NCBI GenBank assembly: GCA_963728205.1
Contig: CAVSIV010000001.1
Location: 640,001 to 704,000, forward strand
Source of the DNA: an uncultured Chloroflexia bacterium
Lineage (GTDB): Bacteria; Chloroflexota; Dehalococcoidia; UBA2979
Direction: 5' to 3'
DNA length: 64,000 nt
A program made the translations under genes and the position numbers. Shown here one piece after another: positions 59,414 through 64,000 of this stretch. The notes beneath the pieces were generated by a model. It was not told the origin of the DNA and made no database searches. It worked only from the letters and a program-made list of their open reading frames with translations. Each line of letters opens with the position of its first letter. The stretch's first letter is position 1.

Positions 59414-59440
59414 GACGAACGACGGGCACTCCGCGTGACG
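59414..59440 (-). promoter_or_regulatory. Putative ECF promoter A, CGTCAC-N17-CGTC
   Basis: CGTCAC gcggagtgcccgtcgtt CGTC ttcc. Confidence 0.6.
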
Positions 59441-59506
59441 CGCCGGGACGTGCGAAGGCGGGGGCCGTGGGCGCCCCCGCCTTGGTGCTGAGCCGCGGTC
59501 CGCCGC

Positions 59507-60341
59507 CTATGCGGCGAGCCGTGCCCGCTTCGCCGCGATGAAGTCGGCGACGTCCTCGGAGGAGGCCTCGACCTCGGCGAGGAGCCGCTCGTAGTCGCGG
59601 ATGAGCGCGTTGGCGCTGGCCGCGTCGAGCATGGCGCCCTTCGCCTTGGAGGCTCCCTGGCGGAGGGCCAGGGCGAGCACGCCAACCGGAGCGGTGAAGG
59701 CGGCGAAGCCGAGCGGACCGAGCTCTCGCCAGGAGAGTGCGAGCCCGAGGGCGACGAGGCCCATCACCGCGAAGTGGACGGCGAGCCAGAGGTAGTTGTC
59801 CTTGACGACCTTTCCGAGCGCCTGTCCGGTGGTGCACGAGATCATCGCGCCCACCAGCGTCATGTTGACGATCCACATCGCCAGCCCCGCCGCGACGGCG
59901 GCGACGACGAGGGTGCCGGCGCTCTCCGGCATGAGCCGGGTGAGCCCCGCGTAGACCCCCGCCGCCGCGGTGCCGGCGAGCACCAGGACGGCGGAGTTGT
60001 AGGCGAGGCGGGAGACCGGCTTGTGGCGGAAGAGCCACGCGGCCAGCCCGACGACGATCGCGAGCGGCACGGCCGCCCCGACGCCGTAGAGGATCCCCGC
60101 CCCCGACGATCGCGGCCGCGGAGACGGACGCGCGCGTCTGGGTGAAGAGCTGGGTGCCCTGGCGTTCGAGCACCGCGGCGAGCGCCAGCATCAGCAGGAG
60201 CCCGCCCCATTCCGGCGGCCGGAGGAAGACCAGGAGGCCTGCTCCGGCGACCGCGCCAAATCCCGTCACCCCGTACAGGAGGGCCTGTGCCCTGCTCCGG
60301 GCGAGGGATGAGAGCCACCCGGTGGTGGAAGTCTCAGCCAT
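59507..60341 (-). CDS. Membrane sensor-like protein, copy B (extra C at 60095-60098 relative to copy A; error or pseudogene)
   Basis: Near-identical to copy A, with GGATCCCC instead of GGATCCC. Confidence 0.75.
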
Positions 60342-60382
60342 TGTGTCGACCTTTCAGCGCAACACTCACGCTCGGAGGGTGA

Positions 60383-62068
60383 CTAGTCCCAGGTAATCGA
60401 GTCCCAGGTGATGGCGTCCCACGTGATGCTGTCCCAGGTGATCGAGTCCCACGTGATGGCGTCCCACGTGATCGAGTCCCACGTGATGCTGTCCCAGGTG
60501 ATCGAGTCCCACGTGATCGAGTCCCACGTGATCGACGCCGGGCCGGCGGGGATGTTCTGGATCGAGCCGTCGCTGCCGATCCACAGGCTGCGCGGCAGCC
60601 CCTGGTTCGCGAGGCTCGCGTCCGCGGTGAACACCGCGCCGTACGCGTCGAGCGCCGGTGCGGTCGAGCCGGTGAAGGCCTTGCCCGTGTCGACGATCCG
60701 CGCCTTCACCTGGTCGGGCGTGAGCGACGGGTTCTGCTGCAGCATCAGGGCGACGGTGCCGGAGACCACCGGGGCCGCCGACGAGGTGCCGCTGAGCTTC
60801 ATGTAGCGTGAGCCGACACGCAGGTCCGGGTTGTCAAGGTACAGCAGCGACATCGCGTTGCCGGTGGTGGCGATCAGGCGCCATCCCGGGGCGATCACGT
60901 CCGGCTTCTGGAAGCCGTCGTGCGTCGTGCCGCGGCTCGACCAGTCCTTGAGGAAGTCGTCGGATGTGTCGAGCGTGGCGTTGTCGCTGAAGGCGCCCAC
61001 GGTGATGACGTACGGGTCGTTCGCTGGCGGGTGGTCCGTCACGTAGGCGTCGGACGTCCCGCGGTTGCCCGCAGCGGTCACGACGACGATGCCGTGGAAC
61101 CAGAGCTGCTCGACGGCGGCGTCGAGCGGGCTCGTGAAGAAGCTCTCCGGCGTCGACTGCGTGAACGAGAGGTTCGCGACGCGGATGTTGTACTGGGCCT
61201 GGTGGTCCAGCGTGTACTGGAGTCCGGCGATCACGTCGCCCAGCTTGATGCCCAGGGCGTAGTCACCGACGCGGACCGCGATGATGTTCGCGTCCGGTGC
61301 GATGCCCATGTAGCGCCCAAGGCTGTCGGTGCCGTCGCCGGCGACGATGCCGGCCACGTGCGTGCCGTGACCGTAGGCGTCGCTGCTGGTCAGTCCGCTC
61401 GGGGCGTAGCTCGCGACGATGCGGTTGCCGAAGTCGTTGCGACCGACGTCGTTCACGCCGGTGTCGATGATGGCGACCCCGACGCCCTGGCCCATGACGC
61501 CTTCATCCCAGGCGTCGGTGGCGCCGACGACCTGCGGGAACACCGAGACCACGTCCGTGTAGCGACCGCGCGCCTTCCCGTTCGGGAGGCTCTGGCCGAG
61601 GATCGAGTACCGGTCGGCCTTCGGCGTCGCGCTGTCGGTCGTGGGCGTGGGCGTCGCCGTGGCCTTGAGCAGCGACTTCCAGTCCGGGGCACCGAGACCG
61701 GTCGGCTGGATGTCCGAGTTCAGGCTGATCGACTTGACCGACGGGTTGGCGGCCAGCGCGTCGAGCTGGTCGACGGGGATGGTCGCCTCGACGGCGGGGA
61801 TGATGTGGAACTGCTGCGAGACCGTGCCGCCGGCAGTCGCGACGGCCGCGGCGGTGGCATCGGTATCGCCGGTGGACTGGATGATGACGGCGACGAAGCC
61901 GTTGTCCTGGTTGGCGGGGTCGAGGACGGCCGCGTGCACGTTGCTCGGGCCGGCCGCGCGGGCGGGTGCCTGCGAGGCGGGGCCGAGCATGAGCGCGACC
62001 GCGACGAGCGCGACCAGGACGGTGAGGAAGACCGGCCAGCGCCGGCCGGTGAGCTTGTTCAGGACCAC
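60383..62068 (-). CDS. Secreted S8 subtilisin-like protease B with 10x (S/A)ITWD tail
   Basis: VAIIDTG, HGTHVAG, AAGN, SGTSSAAP; same signal peptide as protease A. Probable start GTG 62068. Confidence 0.92.
   Translation of the reverse strand: MVLNKLTGRRWPVFLTVLVALVAVALMLGPASQAPARAAGPSNVHAAVLDPANQDNGFVAVIIQSTGDTDATAAAVATAGGTVSQQFHIIPAVEATIPVDQLDALAANPSVKSISLNSDIQPTGLGAPDWKSLLKATATPTPTTDSATPKADRYSILGQSLPNGKARGRYTDVVSVFPQVVGATDAWDEGVMGQGVGVAIIDTGVNDVGRNDFGNRIVASYAPSGLTSSDAYGHGTHVAGIVAGDGTDSLGRYMGIAPDANIIAVRVGDYALGIKLGDVIAGLQYTLDHQAQYNIRVANLSFTQSTPESFFTSPLDAAVEQLWFHGIVVVTAAGNRGTSDAYVTDHPPANDPYVITVGAFSDNATLDTSDDFLKDWSSRGTTHDGFQKPDVIAPGWRLIATTGNAMSLLYLDNPDLRVGSRYMKLSGTSSAAPVVSGTVALMLQQNPSLTPDQVKARIVDTGKAFTGSTAPALDAYGAVFTADASLANQGLPRSLWIGSDGSIQNIPAGPASITWDSITWDSITWDSITWDSITWDAITWDSITWDSITWDAITWDSITWD
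60386..60535 (-). repeat. 10 x 15-bp coding repeat, (S/A)ITWD
   Basis: Eight SITWD and two AITWD, ending at the stop codon. Confidence 0.95.
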
Positions 62069-62141
62069 TGCACTTTCCAATCGCTGTTGGCGTTGGCGAA
62101 TGCGTCACCGCTCGGCGCGTGCGTCGCGCCTCGCGGCGGGT

Positions 62142-62239
62142 CCCCGTTCGGCAGCCCGGCTACCCGTGGCTCTGTGTGAGCCGGGAGGGCCCGTGGCTTT
62201 GCGTCCCCCGGTTCCCCGGGGTTTGCCGTTGTCGTGGGG
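62142..62239 (-). ncRNA. c-di-GMP-I riboswitch aptamer B2
   Basis: Essentially identical to A2. Confidence 0.88.
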
Positions 62240-62345
62240 CCGGGAGCTGGTTACGGGCTCGTCATGTTCCGAACCTCCGCTTCGCGACGCCCGGCGGCGT
62301 CTGCGCCCCTGATCCGAGGAAGACGGAGGCGGGCAGCCTCGCAAC

Positions 62346-62438
62346 TTCGGTAGCCCGGCCGTCATGGCCCCTCGTACAAGGGGCGGTAGACCCGTGGGCT
62401 TTGCGCCACCCGGTTTCCCGGGCTTTGCCATTTCTCGG
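62346..62438 (-). ncRNA. c-di-GMP-I riboswitch aptamer B1
   Basis: As A1, with P3 variant CCCCTTGTACGAGGGG. Confidence 0.9.
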
Positions 62439-62494
62439 ATTGCCGCTTGCCAGGGACGGCTCGCCGTTGCGGCGGGGCGTCCCTTACCCGGGAA

Positions 62495-62521
62495 GACGAA
62501 CGTCAGACCGGGTTTGTGACG
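62495..62521 (-). promoter_or_regulatory. Putative ECF promoter B, CGTCAC-N17-CGTC
   Basis: CGTCAC aaacccggtctgacgtt CGTC ttcc. Confidence 0.6.
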
Positions 62522-62588
62522 TATGTCGCGGGCGCCGTCGACCCTGAGCCGTCCGGCGCCCGCGCGTTTCATGTTGATCAGCCGCCGG

Positions 62589-62795
62589 CTAATCCCAGGT
62601 GATCGAGAACGTGCCGTAGCTCGGCCCGGGGGCCGGAGCGGGCGTCGAGGCGGCCGGGGGCCCGATCTGGCTCGACGAGGGCTTGGCCGCCGAGCTGACA
62701 CCCGGCGAGCCGAACAGCGAAGCACCGGCGAGGATTCCGCCGGCGACGACGGCGACGACGATGCGGTGGAGGTGACCAAACTTGCGCAGGACCAT
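62589..62795 (-). CDS. 68-aa secreted peptide ending in SITWD (candidate signal-peptide precursor)
   Basis: MVLRKFGHLHRIVVAVVAGGILAGASLFGSPGVSSA-AKPSSSQIGPPAASTPAPAPGPSYGTFSITWD*. GGGGA RBS; start context AGTGCA-(A/G)TGGTCCTG shared with the proteases. Confidence 0.8.
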   Translation of the reverse strand: MVLRKFGHLHRIVVAVVAGGILAGASLFGSPGVSSAAKPSSSQIGPPAASTPAPAPGPSYGTFSITWD

Positions 62796-62838
62796 TGCAC
62801 TGTCCCCATTCCGGATCATGAGACTCGTGGTGCGTGGT

Positions 62839-62937
62839 CCCCGTTCGGTAGCCCGGCTACCCGTGGCTCGGTGAGAGCCGGGAGGGCCCGTGGCTTTGCG
62901 TCCCCCGGTTCCCCGGGGTTTGCCGTTTGTCGTGGGG
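62839..62937 (-). ncRNA. c-di-GMP-I riboswitch aptamer C2
   Basis: ACGGCAAACCCCGGGGAACCGGGGGACGCAAAGCCACGGG...GGTAGCCGGGCTACCGAA. Confidence 0.88.
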
Positions 62938-63046
62938 TACGTGACTCAGGTGCGACTGGTCATCGGCCCCTCCGCTCCTGCAGCCCCCGGTGCGGGTCGC
63001 TGCTCCTCAGAATCCGAGGAAGACGGAGGCGGGAGGCCTCGCAATC

Positions 63047-63138
63047 TTCGGTAGCCCGGCCGTCATGACCCCTCGACGAGGGGCGGTAGACCCGTGGGCT
63101 TTGCGCCACCCGGTTTCCCGGGTTTTGCCGTTTCTCGG
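63047..63138 (-). ncRNA. c-di-GMP-I riboswitch aptamer C1
   Basis: ACGGCAAAACCCGGGAAACCGGGTGGCGCAAAGCCCACGGGTCTA...ATGACGGCCGGGCTACCGAA. Confidence 0.9.
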
Positions 63139-63193
63139 ATTGCCTGCATGCGCGGGACGCGCGACCTCCGTCGAGAGTCCCGTCACCGGAGAA

Positions 63194-63220
63194 GACGAAC
63201 GGGTACCGGCCGGTGTGACG
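63194..63220 (-). promoter_or_regulatory. Putative ECF promoter C, CGTCAC-N17-CGTC
   Basis: CGTCAC accggccggtacccgtt CGTC ttct. Confidence 0.6.
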
Positions 63221-63340
63221 CGAACGGGCGAGGATGGCGCGCACCGGCGCGGGCGCCGGTGGCGAGACGCGGGCGCACCGCCCGCGTCACGCGCGACGCC
63301 GCCGCTCCACGCGTGCACCGGACGAACCGAGGGGCGGGGG

Positions 63341-64000
63341 CTAGGCGGCGACCTGCGGGCGGTGCGTGGCGATGAACTCCGCGACGTCCTCCGAGGAGGA
63401 CTCCACCTCGGCCAGCAGCCGCTCGTACTCCGCGATCAGCTGGTTCGCGCTCGCGGCGTCGAGCATGGCGCCCTGCGCCTTCGACGCGCCCTGGCGCAGC
63501 GCCAGCGCCAGCACGCCGACCGGCGCGGTGAACGCCGCGAAGCCGAGCATCCCCAGTTCGCGCCATGACAGCGCGAGTCCGAGCGCAACGAGTCCCATCA
63601 CGGCGAAGTGCACCGCGAGCCACAGGTAGTTCTCGCGGATGACGGCGAGCAGCGGCTGCCCGGTCGTGAGCGCGATCATCGCGCCGACCAGGCTCATGTT
63701 GACGGTCCACATCGCGATGCCGGCGCCGACGGCCGCGACCACGAAGGTCGCCGCGCTCGCGGGCAGGAGCGACGTGATCAGCGCGTACGTCCCGGCGGAC
63801 GCCGCGCCGGCCAGGATCAGCACCGCCGAGTTGTAGGTCAGCCGAGAGAACGGCTTGTGCCGGAAGAGCCAGGCCGCGAGGCCCACGGCGATCGCCAGCG
63901 GGACCGCGGCGCCGACGCCGTAGAGGATGCCGGCACCCATGATCGCCGCGGCTGAGACCGAGGCGCGCGTCTGCGTGAAGAGCTGCGTGCCCTGCCGCTC
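63341..64000 (-). CDS. Membrane sensor-like protein, copy C (diverged; 5' end beyond the window)
   Basis: Same motifs as copy A: ILYGVGAAVPLAI, RHKP, NYLWLAVHFAVMG, YERLLAEVE. Confidence 0.8.
   Translation of the reverse strand, partial: ERQGTQLFTQTRASVSAAAIMGAGILYGVGAAVPLAIAVGLAAWLFRHKPFSRLTYNSAVLILAGAASAGTYALITSLLPASAATFVVAAVGAGIAMWTVNMSLVGAMIALTTGQPLLAVIRENYLWLAVHFAVMGLVALGLALSWRELGMLGFAAFTAPVGVLALALRQGASKAQGAMLDAASANQLIAEYERLLAEVESSSEDVAEFIATHRPQVAA

Larger units (their letters stand above)
56237..62501. repeat. Tandem direct duplication (about 3.1-3.2 kb unit: promoter - riboswitch pair - S8 protease - membrane protein)
   Basis: 56237-57197 is near-identical to 59431-60393; about 58625-59421 matches about 61710-62501. 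A third, diverged partial unit lies at 62839-64000. Confidence 0.9.

Noticed and set aside
58976-59438. ORFs overlapping the riboswitch leaders (58976-59350, 62105-62809, 62960-63244)
   Set aside because: The frames are not conserved among the three copies, and conservation follows RNA structure rather than codons.
57189-60535. 15-bp repeats as a CRISPR array or neutral minisatellite
   Set aside because: No spacers, in-frame inside CDSs, variation mostly synonymous, and no cas genes.
57189-60535. ITWD as WD40 or classical A(D/N)Lxx pentapeptide repeats
   Set aside because: The period is 5 rather than about 40 residues, and the consensus does not fit the classical pentapeptide repeat family.
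62589-62795. RiPP precursor (Trp-modified)
   Set aside because: No radical SAM, prenyltransferase or other maturase is nearby in the window, and a Sec signal peptide is present. Not excluded by genes beyond 64000.
59058-63138. Riboswitches as cGAMP (GEMM-Ib) or c-di-AMP sensors
   Set aside because: The base before GCAAA (G20 equivalent) is G in all six copies, and the fold is GEMM rather than ydaO.
1-64000. tRNA, rRNA, integrase, transposase or prophage genes
   Set aside because: None recognised by eye or in the ORF track.

Overview
High-GC bacterial window, probably Chloroflexota/Dehalococcoidia-like (inferred from the Tat-lipoprotein family-5 solute-binding proteins, the many P450/LLM/CoA-transferase genes and the REP-type repeats). 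Bases 1-55.4 kb are mostly ordinary metabolic and transport genes: oxidoreductases, ABC exporters, three P450s, peptidases, a canonical Anbu / transglutaminase / alpha-E / ATP-grasp operon, and a peptide ABC importer. The last 8.5 kb (55.5-64 kb, minus strand) is the striking part: a repeated module. It holds three copies of a putative ECF-type promoter (CGTCAC-N17-CGTC), each followed by a tandem pair of c-di-GMP-I (GEMM) riboswitch aptamers, six in total. Behind these leaders lie either a secreted S8 protease ending in 9-10 (S/A)ITWD pentapeptide repeats or a 68-aa secreted peptide ending in a single SITWD. The module also has three copies of a multi-pass membrane sensor-like protein with no output domain, and a terminal ECF sigma factor. 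My hypothesis is a peptide-signalling (quorum-like) circuit tied to c-di-GMP. Five genes carry single extra bases, four of them at GATC sites, most likely methylation-linked sequencing errors. All calls come from reading the sequence; no database searches were run.
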